Shown piece by piece: positions 40,612 to 53,770 of a stretch of 64,000 nt of DNA. Within the stretch, counting starts at the first letter, position 1, and each line of letters begins with the position of its first letter. The stretch lies in the NCBI RefSeq assembly GCF_001194135.2, contig NC_068995.1, positions 20,747,629 to 20,811,628 of the forward strand, written 5' to 3'. The DNA is from Octopus bimaculoides (Eukaryota). Both the position numbers and the translations under genes were made by a program. Under the pieces are notes generated by a model. It worked only from the letters and a program-made list of their open reading frames with translations. It did no database searches and was not told the origin of the DNA.

Positions 40612-41157
40612 TAGAAAGAAGTTCACAATTACTGATGAAAGTAATTTCATACATAATTTACTGACAGAAGTAACTTCATAAATTTCACTTCAATCCGTAC
40701 ACTAAGTAAATTTCCATAAAAAATTCTTATTTACTTTTGCAGCAGTTTTGTGTTTTTCGGTAGTTAACGACTTTTTTTTCTGATTTGTGTATAGTTCTGC
40801 AAATTATATTGAATTAGAACGGTCGTACTGACGAACCACGGACGTTTTTACATAAGTAAAAGGGTTGATGGCGAAACCGGGATACGATTAATTCTTTATT
40901 TTATATATTTCCATTTGTCTCATCCGCTTATGATCTGGTGTTTGCTGAATTTTTTCTAGAGAACATCATTGTCTTTCTGATTAGATCGTGGATGATCTCT
41001 TTCTAGGATATCGGATGTCCACTTAGTGGTCATCCCTTCTTATACGCATGTAATACAATTGATCTGAATTTTCAAATATTTTATATGCTAGGCCACTGGT
41101 TTTAAATTGATGTTAATTAAATTAATATTCAATTTATCACCCTCGGTATATAAATAT

Positions 41158-41188
<31 letters not shown>

Positions 41189-41564
41189 NNNNNNNNNNNN
41201 NNNNNNNNNNNNNNNNNNNNNNNNNNNNNNNNNNNNNNNNNNNNNNNNNNNNNNNNNNNNNNNNNNNNNNNNNNNNNNNNNNNNNNNNNNNNNNNNNNNN
41301 NNNNNNNNNNNNNNNNNNNNNNNNNNNNNNNNNNNNNNNNNNNNNNNNNNNNNNNNNNNNNNNNNNNNNNNNNNNNNNNNNNNNNNNNNNNNNNNNNNNN
41401 NNNNNNNNNNNNNNNNNNNNNNNNNNNNNNNNNNNNNNNNNNNNNNNNNNNNNNNNNNNNNNNNNNNNNNNNNNNNNNNNNNNNNNNNNNNNNNNNNNNN
41501 NNNNNNNNNNNNNNNNNNNNNNNNNNNNNNNNNNNNNNNNNNNNNNNNNNNNNNNNNNNNNNNN

Positions 41565-41597
<33 letters not shown>

Positions 41598-41709
41598 CAC
41601 GAATTGTCTCCATAAAGTTTGACGAGTGTACAGTTTTATTTGTGGTCAGATCGTGGATGATTTAGCATATCGGATGTCTAGTTAGTGGTAATCCCTTCTT
41701 ATACGCATA

Positions 41710-41742
<33 letters not shown>

Positions 41743-43674
41743 AATTAATAGCATCGTGATACAGTTCTATATTTTGAAAAGCAGTACATGTATATATGTA
41801 AATAACCCCATAGTATATTTATATATGTTTAGAGGATTGCGGCACATTTATAAATGTTAAAAACACTGCGAATCATTTATAAATGTTAATAACGTTATAG
41901 TACAATCGTTCATGTTGATGGGATTGTGTTACATCTGAGATTTTCTTCTAGATTATTCGTGACTAGACCAATCAAATCTCATTGTGGTATGTTTATGACA
42001 CTCTAATATATTCACGCATGTTTATAGCACTGAGTTACATTAATCTACGTTAATAACAGTGTGTAGTTCCCTCATGCCAAAACTACTTTGGAATTGTTAA
42101 GTGCCGTTGGGTAAGTCTAACTACCAAATAACTATATGAAGAAAGCTAACGATGTCGATATAAGTTGTATATTGATGACATGCTTTCATTGGTCTATGAT
42201 GTTAGTGGTGTCAGACACACTAATATCTAATATAATTATATCTTCATCTTTCATTCATCTCTTCATATCTTATTTCTTGATCGTTCTTTCATCTCTCCAC
42301 CAATCTCTATATTATATCTGTTAATATCTCGTCATTCTCATCCTTTTCATCTCTACATCAAACTGTATGTTATCTCTCTTATCACATCATTCTTATCTCT
42401 TTTATCTCCTCATTTTCCCCCTTTCCTCTCTTCATTATCAACTGGATGTTTCTATTACTGAAAGCTGTTACGTCTTTATCACATTTCCCTATTATCATGT
42501 GATCTTTCATTTCTCTTTCTTTCATCAATCCTTTCATTTAAATAATTAAATAATAAAATACTAATTACATATATCTGAACAAGTCTTTGATCTTTGAACA
42601 CAATTGATATGTTTACATGTTGTTTCAACTTTCAGTCATTGATGCTCAGTGTTATGGCCAGAATCGTTTTCAGATTGTGTCGTGGCGTAGTAAAACAATG
42701 TCATAGGCTGTCCTGTGTTTCGACACCGGACATATTTATATTCTTGTATTCGTTTCTTTTCAATGGTTTCAAACATTACTGAAATAACGCCTTCAAGAGA
42801 TTTTAGTCAATCATATCGATCCCAATAATTAATTCACTCCGGTTCTTATTTCATTATAGCTCAGTTTATGGAATCGATAAATTATCTATGCGACGCAATT
42901 TTTACACCAGCATATATATATATATACATATATNNNNNNNNNNNNNNNNNNNNNNNNNNNNNNNNNNNNNNNNNNNNNNNNNNNNNNNNNNNNNNNNNNN
43001 NNNNNNNNNNNNNNNNNNNNNNNNNNNNNNNNNNNNNNNNNNNNNNNNNNNNNNNNNNNNNNNNNNNNNNNNNNNNNNNNNNNNNNNNNNNNNNNNNNNN
43101 NNNNNNNNNNNNNNNNNNNNNNNNNNNNNNNNNNNNNNNNNNNNNNNNNNNNNNNNNNNNNNNNNNNNNNNNNNNNNNNNNNNNNNNNNNNNNNNNNNNA
43201 TATATATATATAATGTGTGTGCGTGTGTACATACATACATACATACATACATACACACACTTGTATAACATCTATTCCTCTTTTTTCTTACGTATTTGTA
43301 TGTGTGAATGCGAGTGTGTTATATATGTATGTATGTATGCATGTATGTATGTATGCATGTATGTATGTATGCATAAGCATAAACATGCATATTTTTATGT
43401 ATATATAAAATTAAGTGTTTGAGAAAGCCTCAGCAAAGCAGGTTAGAAATAAAGTAAGGCAAAAACAAATGTAAAACACTATGTTTTACCCAGTATTATA
43501 TTCCAACATTTCGGCTTTAAGAAACATTTATTAAGAGACAATGGTGACTGAGCATAATTCGAATCTGCACTGATATGTTAGGATTAGGGCTGAGTGGGAT
43601 ATAGATAGGTTGACAGAGTTACACGAGCCAACTAGCGTTGAGAAACTCTTGTCTGTTATTCATGGTACTATGCA

Positions 43675-43730
<56 letters not shown>

Positions 43731-43735
43731 GTCTA

Positions 43736-43774
<39 letters not shown>

Positions 43775-44012
43775 GCATGCCTGCATGTCTGCATGTCTGT
43801 CTGTCTGTCAGTTTGCCAGTCTGTCTCTATCCATCTACCTATATCTATCTATGCATCTCTCCCTCTCTATCTAAATCCCTCTATATCTACATCTATCTAT
43901 ACATATCTCTCTAACTCTCTTTCCCTCTCTCTATCTAGGTGTGTGTTTTTGTGTCTGTTTAGCTATCCATATACCGATCTATATCTGTATCTGTCTATGT
44001 TTCCCCTCTTGC

Positions 44013-44067
<55 letters not shown>

Positions 44068-44159
44068 GCGTATGTGTGTGTGTGTGTGTGTGTGTTTTTC
44101 TCATATTTTAAACTGATATGGCTTCCAGACCAATAATACCGCCTGACCTGAGTTGACCA

Positions 44160-44345
44160 ATGTTTAGCAGCGATTCGTCTGTCCTTACGTTGTCAGTTCT
44201 ACTTTGTCAGTTGAAATTCCACCGAGGTCGACTCTGCCTTTAATCCTTTCTGGGTCGATAAGATAAGGACCAGCTGAGGACTGAGGCCGATGCAATTGAC
44301 TTACCACCTCCCTGAAATTCCTGGCCTTGTGCCAAAATTTGAAAC
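44160..44345 (+). mobile_element. SINE family A (tail type 1), 5'-eroded
   Basis: ccgaggtcgactctgcctttaatcctttctgggtcgata..cctggccttgtgccaaaatttgaaac. Confidence 0.8.
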
Positions 44346-44437
44346 GAATACAGACACACACTCATATATAAGNNNNNNNNNNNNNNNNNNNNNNNNNNNN
44401 NNNNNNNNNNNNNNNNNNNNNNNNNNNNNNNNNNNNN

Positions 44438-44482
<45 letters not shown>

Positions 44483-45591
44483 AGTTCAGGAATGTTTTTC
44501 TGTGCAAATGGATTCCCCACTGTTCAAGAGGGACTGTGTGAATTATCCTATAAGTGTAAGTTCGAGAATGGGTCAGTATTTGGTAGCAATTAACATTCAT
44601 TTCAACAAATCAAATAAAAACCCATGAAAATTTTATACCTTTACAATTATTACACATTTAAAAACAATGCTTTCGTCAACTTTTGCCGTGATAATTCATA
44701 GAAATAAGTATTACAAGTCATTATTAAGTCACCTTCCAATGCAATTTACATTGGATTTATTTGTGTAAGGTTATGGCTTGGATTTCACCTCAGTCTGCCT
44801 ATATCATCTTTACTAAGAATTGTGGGTACTAAAAGGGTTTATAATAGAAAAGAATTCAGATGTTCAGGTGAGATCACCGAGATGTACTCCATCTCATATT
44901 ATTTCATTCAAGCGATGACCTATAGATCAAAGCAGACGACATTCTTTTGTAACAAATCTGTAAAGATATTTGTGTTATATAGCAAAATGTGAAACCGTTT
45001 CCGCAAAAAATTGTATATTGTATATGTTTAAATATGTTCTTCATATGTAAATGACTGTGCATGCTTTTGTATGTTTGCTCAGGATTAGATATAACTTAAA
45101 TCACTGTTAGTTGCATATGGAGTTTGACTGCTGAATGTAAAAGATGGCAGACTGGACAATAATATTTTAATGAAATCTGAATGGCACGACAAAGTGAGCA
45201 AATTTTTTCTCCCATCAGGTGCTGAAAAATAATTACAAGTCTATATTTAACGCGCAAGAATACGTTAATAAGATGTTGGCCTCTAATTTAATAAAGATCT
45301 GTATTTAGAGAGATTCCAATATTCGTCCGTCTACATATGACAATTGAAAAAAAATGTACAGAATGGTGAAATGCAACGAAATAACACGTTCAAATAAAAG
45401 TTTGTCGCATCTCACTTGCTTAGCGACCTTCGAAATGGGTTACAATTCTGCTGAAAGTGTTGAGTGTATTTCATATAGAACAAGCATCGCTCGCACCCAC
45501 GTCAATTAACGCATAACTGATATTCATTACTGCTTAAACATTGTCTAAATTCACGCGGGTCTAACATGAATTTAAAAAAACAACGTTATCG

Positions 45592-45790
45592 TGTAGGTAC
45601 GTGGCTTGGTAGTTAGGATGTTTCACTCACGGTCACGAGATCGTGATTTCGATTCCGAGATCTCACATTGTTCTGCAATCACTTAGATACCTGATATGTG
45701 GCACACCACCCGCCTCTACTAGTAATATCGATTTGATGGGAGGTGGGGTGTGAGCTAATGTGCAGCACAAACGTTTGATAATTATAAACA
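45592..45790 (+). mobile_element. Old tRNA-like SINE, family D
   Basis: tggcttggtagttagg A-box-like and gatttcgattcc B-box-like motifs; related head on the minus strand at 50030-50175. Confidence 0.5.
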
Positions 45791-46319
45791 AATCATCTCT
45801 GGAAGTTGTTGAGCAAGAATTTGCTGAACAGTCTTTTTCAAACTCTGGAGAGTCATTAATTTTTTTAATCATTTAATTCGTGCTATCTTGAAAAGATTAC
45901 GTGGATGAAAGTTGACATGTACAGAAAGTAATTCATTGATGTGTCTTAATTTTAATTTCTATTCAGCTACAAATATATATTAACAGATATTTCAAGAGCC
46001 ACATATCCATCAATCTCTATTACATATACTCGTATACATCTCGTATGTTTGTGTGTGTGTGTGCGTGCTTGTTTGTGTCCTTATGTGTATGTGTGTGTAT
46101 ATATGTGTTTGTGTATATATGTGTGTAGTTTTGTGACTGTATGAGAATCTAAATGGGATCATGCAGCCGTTAACGAGATGTAAATTTCTGTGATACGGTT
46201 CCACGAATAAGAAGACAACAACATTTGAAACTAAACAAAGTGATGCAAAAGAAAGAATGAAAAAAATCCCCAAGAAACTAGAGTAGTAACCAACAGAACC
46301 TCATTGGAAAAATGCTCTC

Positions 46320-46900
46320 AATATTCTGGTATTCTGCAAGATGACCAGACACGTATATGTTTATGTTTGTATCTACGTATGCATAATCTTGTCTATGAGA
46401 AGCATCAATCACTCGCCTATCAAGTCAGATACAACGATTGTTTGCTTATTGTGCTTCTGAATATGGATAGGCAACCATCGTCAATTCTGGCGTGGGTACG
46501 ACAGCAATATTTCGGGAGTGCACCCTATAAATGGCAATACTCTCAGCGTTCAGGCATTGAATTGTAGGATGCTAGGGAAAGAAGAAAAATATGAATGTAG
46601 CAGATATGTTTTAGAAAGTAAATTATGATAATCAGATGTTGGATCAGTTTGTGAATGAAAATTAACCTCAATTGGTAAATCTCCAGAACGATGCGCGTTA
46701 CATTATCATGAAAAGCATAGAAGATTGCAAAGGCATATAATTCTTCACTGATACTTCTGGTGGTCCAAGAAAGACATTCCTTACGAACTTCCTGCTTATA
46801 TAAGTTTGCCAAAAGCAGGATATTTGGCCTTGTCATGGCTTCAAGTAGCATTATAACAATGCAATCTGGATGGTGGAAGAACTACAAACCTTATGAAACT
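46320..46900 (+). pseudogene. Helitron RepHel fragment (linker plus PIF1 helicase motif I)
   Basis: Manual translation: GILQDD; EASITRLSSQIQRLFA; YDNQMLDQFVNEN*PQL..FFTDTSGGPRKTFLTNFLL; GLVMASSSI; LDGGRT. These match Helitron GLLEDD..FLDAPGGTGKTFL..AVASSGIAATLL.GGRTAHS, with stops and frameshifts. Confidence 0.72.
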
Positions 46901-47252
46901 GAAACTGTCAAATTGCAGTACAACTGGCTTGACTGGCATTTTGGGAATGAAGCAAATTCTACTAGCAAAGTGTCCTGATATTATTGGAACCTTCAGGGCA
47001 TAATGCAGGATACTTTTGACAGTGAGTCAAACGTCAATGCAAAGATTTCACCATAATCATTTCGGGAGCATGGATGGTTATTGAACATGTTGATCTAAAT
47101 CTGGCACATCCTACTTTTCAAATAAACAATTTATATTGAACTGTCTTTTACTTCATCGGAATACAACACGACAAAACCAAGAATATTGATTCTTAGGACG
47201 CTTTGCGATAGATACGTAAGTCAACAAGACCATTTCGATGAAGTTGCTATAT

Positions 47253-47440
47253 ATACAGGGTGTCCACAAAGTCTGGGTACACGGGGATTAACACATAGTT
47301 TCATAAATAATTATTTCTTACATTTAATTGTTTATGCAATGATTTCATTTACTCCATGTACCCACATGGGGATTAACACATATTTAAGAAATTATTATTT
47401 CTTATATTTAATTGTTTATGTTATGATTTTATTTACCAGA
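47253..47440. mobile_element. Tc1/mariner-type MITE with an internal tandem duplication
   Basis: TA + cagggtgtccacaaagtctgggtac terminus; partial reverse end ccatgtaccca; an ~105-bp-period repeat ggggattaacacata..atttac present twice. Confidence 0.55.
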
Positions 47441-47494
47441 AGTCGCGATACACAGATACTGTCTTGTGCTGAGTGGGGATGCTGCAATTCCTTT

Positions 47495-47940
47495 CTCGAA
47501 AATATAAGGACACAGATAGTGTACTCTATAGCTAGCTGGAGACGATTTTTCCTGAGGCTAAATCGCAGGAACATTCGTCCTTGCCAGGAATGCCACGTTA
47601 TGTTGGCAAATAATCTTTACTCTAGAGTACTTTTACTGAACATCTCTCGCTGAGAGATTTACGAATAATAATTTTCTCTTTTCTTGGATCAGTAACTATG
47701 TGTCATTTTGAAAACTATATATTTCGAACAAGAATTGAGCAGCACCACCTCTAGCCGAACAGTTATTCTGTGCTGATGAACAGAAATAACCCAAGAAACT
47801 AAACTCCCTTGTTCGAAAATATAAGGACCCAGATAGTGTGTCGTATAGCCACCTGGAGGCGATATCTCCGAGGGCCAAATAGCAGTAGCATTCGTCCTAA
47901 CCAAGACTGTCAAGTTATGTTGGCAAATAATCTTTACTCT
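47495..47940 (+). repeat. Diverged 129-bp direct repeat pair (47495-47623 and 47812-47940)
   Basis: Both read tcgaaaatataaggacNcagatagtgt..gttatgttggcaaataatctttactct. Confidence 0.85.
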
Positions 47941-47943
47941 CTG

Positions 47944-47974
<31 letters not shown>

Positions 47975-48483
47975 GTCTCTGTCTCTCTCTCTCCCTTTCT
48001 CTCTCTGTATATATATATATATATATATNNNNNNNNNNNNNNNNNNNNNNNNNNNNNNNNNNNNNNNNNNNNNNNNNNNNNNNNNNNNNNNNNNNNNNNN
48101 NNNNNNNNNNNNNNNNNNNNNNNNNNNNNNNNNNNNNNNNNNNNNNNNNNNNNNNNNNNNNNNNNNNNNNNNNNNNNNNNNNNNNNNNNNNNNNNNNNNN
48201 NNNNNNNNNNNNNNNNNNNNNNNNNNNNNNNNNNNNNNNNNNNNNNNNNNNNNNNNNNNNNNNNNNNNNNNNNNNNNNNNNNNNNNNNNNNNNNNNNNNN
48301 NNNNNNNNNNNNNNNNNTATATATATATATTATATGTATTTATTTTCTCTAAGTTAATAATTAACTCCGACAAAATAAATTGGTTAATAGATACCCGGGT
48401 AGCAAAAATCACAAAATGACTGTGGTGTAACTCCTGTTTATGAGGTAGAAACTCCTTGTTATTTTGGGTAATTGAGTAAATAT

Positions 48484-48899
48484 ACAAATTTAGTAAATGG
48501 AGTAAAACGCATATGTTAAATGAATTCTTTTATTTCCAACATATGTTTCAAAGATTACAAATGGTTTCTTCCAAAAGAATAGGTGATGTTGATAAGGATC
48601 TAATCTTCTCTTCAGGGAAATACATAGGAACCAGCTTAACCGTAAAATATTTTAACCGAATGTAATAACTGTAGGTAGAGAAGATTGCTACGTAACAATT
48701 TTCTCTACCTACAGTTATTACATTCGGTTAAAATGTCGTACGGTTAAGCTGGTTCCTATGTATTTCCCTGAAGAGAAGATTAGATCCTTATCAACATCAC
48801 CTATTCTTTTGGAAGGAACCATTTGTAATCTTTGAAACATATGTTGGAAATAAAAGAATTCATTTAACATATGCGTTTTACTCCATTTACTAAATTTGT
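48484..48899. repeat. 416-bp near-perfect palindrome (fold-back)
   Basis: 208-bp arms centred on tac|gta (48691/48692), no loop, about 6 mismatches. ORFs 48718 and the adjacent frames show the mirrored translation. Confidence 0.95.
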
Positions 48900-48900
48900 G

Positions 48901-48948
<48 letters not shown>

Positions 48949-48991
48949 TGTGTGTTTGTATATGTGTGTACGTGTGTGGTGTGTGTATGTA

Positions 48992-49029
<38 letters not shown>

Positions 49030-49734
49030 TGTGTGTGTTGCATAAACAGGCAAGCACTCATTCAGAATGTTAAGTTTCTGTTAGTGTAAATAACGACAAA
49101 TATATACACAGCATCACAGAAGTGAAAATTGTAAAGGGTAGAAGAGTTAAAATGATTTGCTACTGCGACTAAGAAGACAGTAACAATCCATGAATACAAG
49201 TGCAAATGCGTGTTTTTTTTTACAATTAGGCACAATTAATTGAATAATTGTAGCAAAATGATTGAAAGTAAAGAGGTTAAATAAATCTGACATTGTGAAC
49301 GCTAGTCTAGTTTTATTTTATTTTCTATATATTGCGAATTAGGATGAGATTTATTTGTTAGATTATCCTTGTGTTTTTATGCAACAAAATAGAATTGCCA
49401 GCGAAAGATTTGTAAAACTGGGAGAATGAAAAAAGAACCATATACTTATTGACGAGGATAAGAAAGACTGATAGAATCATGCGCAAGTTAGAACCGAACC
49501 ACAGAAAAGCAAAATGACGTCTCACAAAAACACGGAATAAGAAACCTTAATGAAATTCGAGACGGCAGGTGGGTAATATGTTGAAATTGGACAACCGGAT
49601 GTAGTGGAAGTTCAATTAGTCTGTTTGTATGTATGTATGTTCGTACATACGTATATACACATACACAAACAAGTATATATTGGTAATGCGCCAATAGATA
49701 ATCAAAATTGCCGCTCATATATATGCATGTATAC

Positions 49735-49780
<46 letters not shown>

Positions 49781-49921
49781 NNNNNNNNNNNNNNNNNNNN
49801 NNNNNNNNNNNNNNNNNNNNNNNNNNNNNNNNNNNNNNNNNTGCATATGTAAGTCTACATATGACTGTATTGGAGAGAGAGGGGAAAAGAAGAGAGAGGG
49901 AGAAGAAGAGAGAGGGAGAAT

Positions 49922-49952
<31 letters not shown>

Positions 49953-50029
49953 GAGGGGGGATCGAAATCCTTCCTGACTCATAGAGCCTCATAAGGCCGG
50001 GTTCCCGGAGCATATATTTCGCAGGATTA

Positions 50030-50175
50030 TTCAATTTTGCCAACTAAGTAGATTGGAGTAACGCGAAATGAATCGTTTTGCTCAAGAATACAGCGCAGCA
50101 CCTAGTCCAGAAATCGAAACCACAATCTTACGATTATGAGTCCAACGCCATAACTACTAAACCATGCACTTCCAC
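50030..50175 (-). mobile_element. tRNA-like SINE head plus CORE-like segment, family D
   Basis: Reverse complement: gtggaagtgcatggtttagtagtt..gtttcgatttctggac..ttcttgagcaaaac. Confidence 0.6.
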
Positions 50176-50974
50176 ATGTATAGAACGTAATATTCAAGCC
50201 AGTTGTTGCTGTTGAAATTTTTAGCACCATGCTCAGTTCTGTATGATCTCATGTAAAAACATCACAATTAAGAATATTCCGTTTATATTTATATGCAAGA
50301 AGAACTGCATTATTTTGAGAAGGCTTACCTTATTTAGTACGGTGACGATATGTGATTTTCGGGAGGCTGGAGTACTATTTCTTCCAGGTTGAGTGAGCGC
50401 AAAGATGCTTCTTGTTTGCTTTAGAGATGGGTATTGGAATACAATACTTAGGGGGCAATACGCATCTTAATTACACTATGAACAATGAATATATTAACTA
50501 CAGTTGCAACATAGGTGAGGGGTATGGCATTCATCTTAATTACCGATAAATGATTTATATTCATCGGCACAATTTAATGTCAAAGAAATATAGGATTGGT
50601 GCATATGACATTCATGATTTTCCCATTGTCATTACAATTGGAAGGCAAGATTCGTTCAATACGTCCAAACGAATATTGACATAAATTTATACATCTATAT
50701 GTTCATGTGCATTTGGATATGTGTGAGCACATGTGTGAGTGTTTCTGTAAGTATGTGTGTAGCTGCTAGTATGTGCATATTTGTTCTGGTGGCGGCGTCT
50801 GTATACACAGTCGTTAATGTACGAGAAAGAGGTTTGCTTCCCAACAACATAGCACCTCAAGGTGACCAATAAGTTATGAGTGCAATGTCGTGGCCAGATG
50901 TTCACACACACACACGCACACACACACACGCACACACACACACGCACACACACACACGCACACACACATATATG

Positions 50975-51011
<37 letters not shown>

Positions 51012-51438
51012 ATACATATATATATNNNNNNNNNNNNNNNNNNNNNNNNNNNNNNNNNNNNNNNNNNNNNNNNNNNNNNNNNNNNNNNNNNNNNNNNNNN
51101 NNNNNNNNNNNNNNNNNNNNNNNNNNNNNNNNNNNNNNNNNNNNNNNNNNNNNNNNNNNNNNNNNNNNNNNNNNNNNNNNNNNNNNNNNNNNNNNNNNNN
51201 NNNNNNNNNNNNNNNNNNNNNNNNNNNNNNNNNNNNNNNNNNNNNNNNNNNNNNNNNNNNNNNNNNNNNNNNNNNNNNNNNNNNNNNNNNNNNNNNNNNN
51301 NNNNNNNNNNNNNNNNNNNNNNNNNNNNNNNNNNNNNNNNNNNNNNNNNNNNNNNNNNNNNNNNNNNNNNNNNNNNNNNNNNNNNNNNNNNNNNNNNNNN
51401 NNNNNNNNNNNNNNNNNNNNNNNNNNNNNNNNNNNNNN

Positions 51439-51488
<50 letters not shown>

Positions 51489-52920
51489 TTATATATGTAT
51501 ATATAAGCACATACACACACACACATATATATGTATATATTTACATACTTAAACATCTCTCTCTCACTCTGTACTTATAAATATATATTTATATATGTGC
51601 ATATATACATGTATATATGTATGTATAATATGTATGTGTGTGTTTATGTGCATTTGAGTGTATTTTATATCTACCGAAATATACCTATTTTTAAAGGTCA
51701 AATGTGCCTTTGGAAACTCCACAGGCGTTATTAAATATGATCCCATTAGCACGGCGTGTATTTACCAAGTAATGCAGCAACAACGGAAAGGTTAACACAT
51801 TATTGTTTCCAGAACACTCGCGTGTGAAATGTCAGAAAATTACCAGAGCTAAGTAATGGAAAAATAATTCGATTTATTCAGTTAATATCGCTGTAATCAT
51901 TATTGTATTTCACTGGCTTCATTGCATCCTTGCACAGATTGATGAGAGCCGAGATAATTCAATACTTTCTATGATTAATGATTTTATTTTATTTTATTTT
52001 GCTATTTTTGTATTTTTAATTTATAAAATAGCCACAAGAACTGAAGTAATTTTGCAGAATAGATGATGAGTTAAGAGTCTTGCCAAAGGCAAGCAACAGA
52101 ATGCTCTCGGTGGTTGTGCGAATTTACGTGTTTTGAATTTTCCGTTCAGTATATCATTTATTAGAAAATCACAGCTGGCTAAGTCGATAAAATTATTGAA
52201 TTACTAGCCAAAGGGTATATGGTTCGTACCCTGTCACCTACACTGCATCGTTTATGGGACTTAACTCTTTACAGTCAATATTTGCTTAAATCTATGTAGT
52301 TCAAATAATGATTATATGTCACAGAAATGGCATCGTAAATTTGACGAAGCTTCATAAATCTTTTGCTTTCAGTTCACTTTATTGTGTTTGCGAATGTTTA
52401 TAAGTAAAATTAACCTCTATATCCACCCGTTCAACCCATCCATCATCTCACATTATTGCTATATTCACTTACCATTTCACCACCGCCTGTTGTTGCCCAT
52501 TCTACTGACTCACTCGCAAATATATACCCGTACTCACATTTTATAACTGCCTTCCTCTCTGTTTCCATTTCCCTGCACGAACAGCCGATCTTTACACATC
52601 TCTAGACTTCAGTCACTTCAACTAGAGGCTACAAAATATTACTCTCTTCTGTAAATATTTATTGACCATGTCGCTTTAATAACATCCGTATAACTTTGTT
52701 TCTCAATTTCCTCCACCTTTTTATAAACAACATTGTCCGAAACATAGAAATCATTTTGTTCAACCTCACGGTTGAATAACTGCATTTGGTGTTGCTTTAT
52801 TCTATTAAAATTTAGTTCTCTTGGATTGCCCTTCTCAACGCAGACACACAGCTAGATTACTCTTAATGCAGCTTGATCTCTACAAACTTGAGTACAACTA
52901 CACAGACACACATCTACATA

Positions 52921-53042
52921 GGTGCAGGTGTGACGGTGTTGTAAGAAGTTTGTTTCCAACCTACATGGTTCCGGATTCAGTCTCACTATGTGAAACTCTG
53001 CTGAATGTCTTCAATTTGGTAGACAGAAACTGAAAGAAGCCC
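52921..53042 (+). mobile_element. SINE family B head
   Basis: catggttccggattcagtctcact..ggtagacagaaactgaaagaagccc, followed by (GT)n. Confidence 0.75.
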
Positions 53043-53052
53043 TTGTGTGTGA

Positions 53053-53149
<97 letters not shown>

Positions 53150-53181
53150 TACGCGCGTGCGTGTCTGTGTCACTGTTTATA

Positions 53182-53383
53182 CGAGGGGGCTGAAAAGTTC
53201 TTGTTTTTAAGGCTTTCGTGAAAGGCCTGGTTGGAGACCCCCCTTCCAAGTTCTTTTACAGGTCTTAGAAAAACCTGCTGCAATGTGTGTGTGTATCTGA
53301 GAGTTGAATATGTTGAATAGAATTATAATTAACTGATCCTCCTGTATTTTTATCCAAAGCCAGGAACTTTTCAGCGCTCCACG
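53182..53383. mobile_element. Mariner-type MITE (about 200 bp)
   Basis: TA TSDs at 53180-1 and 53384-5. TIRs cgagggggctgaaaagttcttg and caggaacttttcagcgctccacg are imperfect inverted matches. Confidence 0.8.
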
Positions 53384-53404
53384 TATTTTAGCTTTTAGCG
53401 TTAA

Positions 53405-53770
53405 TTTGCTGCAGTCATTAGACTACGGCGATGCTGGAGTAGTACCTTGAAGAATTTTTAGTCGAGTGAATCGACCCCAGTACTTATTATTTTAAGGCCT
53501 GGTACATATAGTATAATTTTTTTTTTCTGTCGAAAACTGAGTTACGGGAACGTAAACATACCAGTCGCGGTTGTTAAGCGGTGGTGGAGTACAAATAGAG
53601 ACACATACACACAAACGCGCGCACATACACACACGAGTGGCTTCTTTTAATTTCCAGCTATCATATCTGCTCATGAGGCTTCTGTCGGCCCGACCCAAAA
53701 AAGGAATGCAGTTATTCAAGGTTCCACGCAGTGTGACTGAATCCGGGACCATGTGAATGGGAAGTAAACT
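53405..53770 (-). mobile_element. SINE family B, diverged, full length
   Basis: Reverse 3' module (gatgctggag..gtaaacataccag) and reverse head (ccacgcagtgtgactgaatccgggaccatgtg). Confidence 0.72.
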
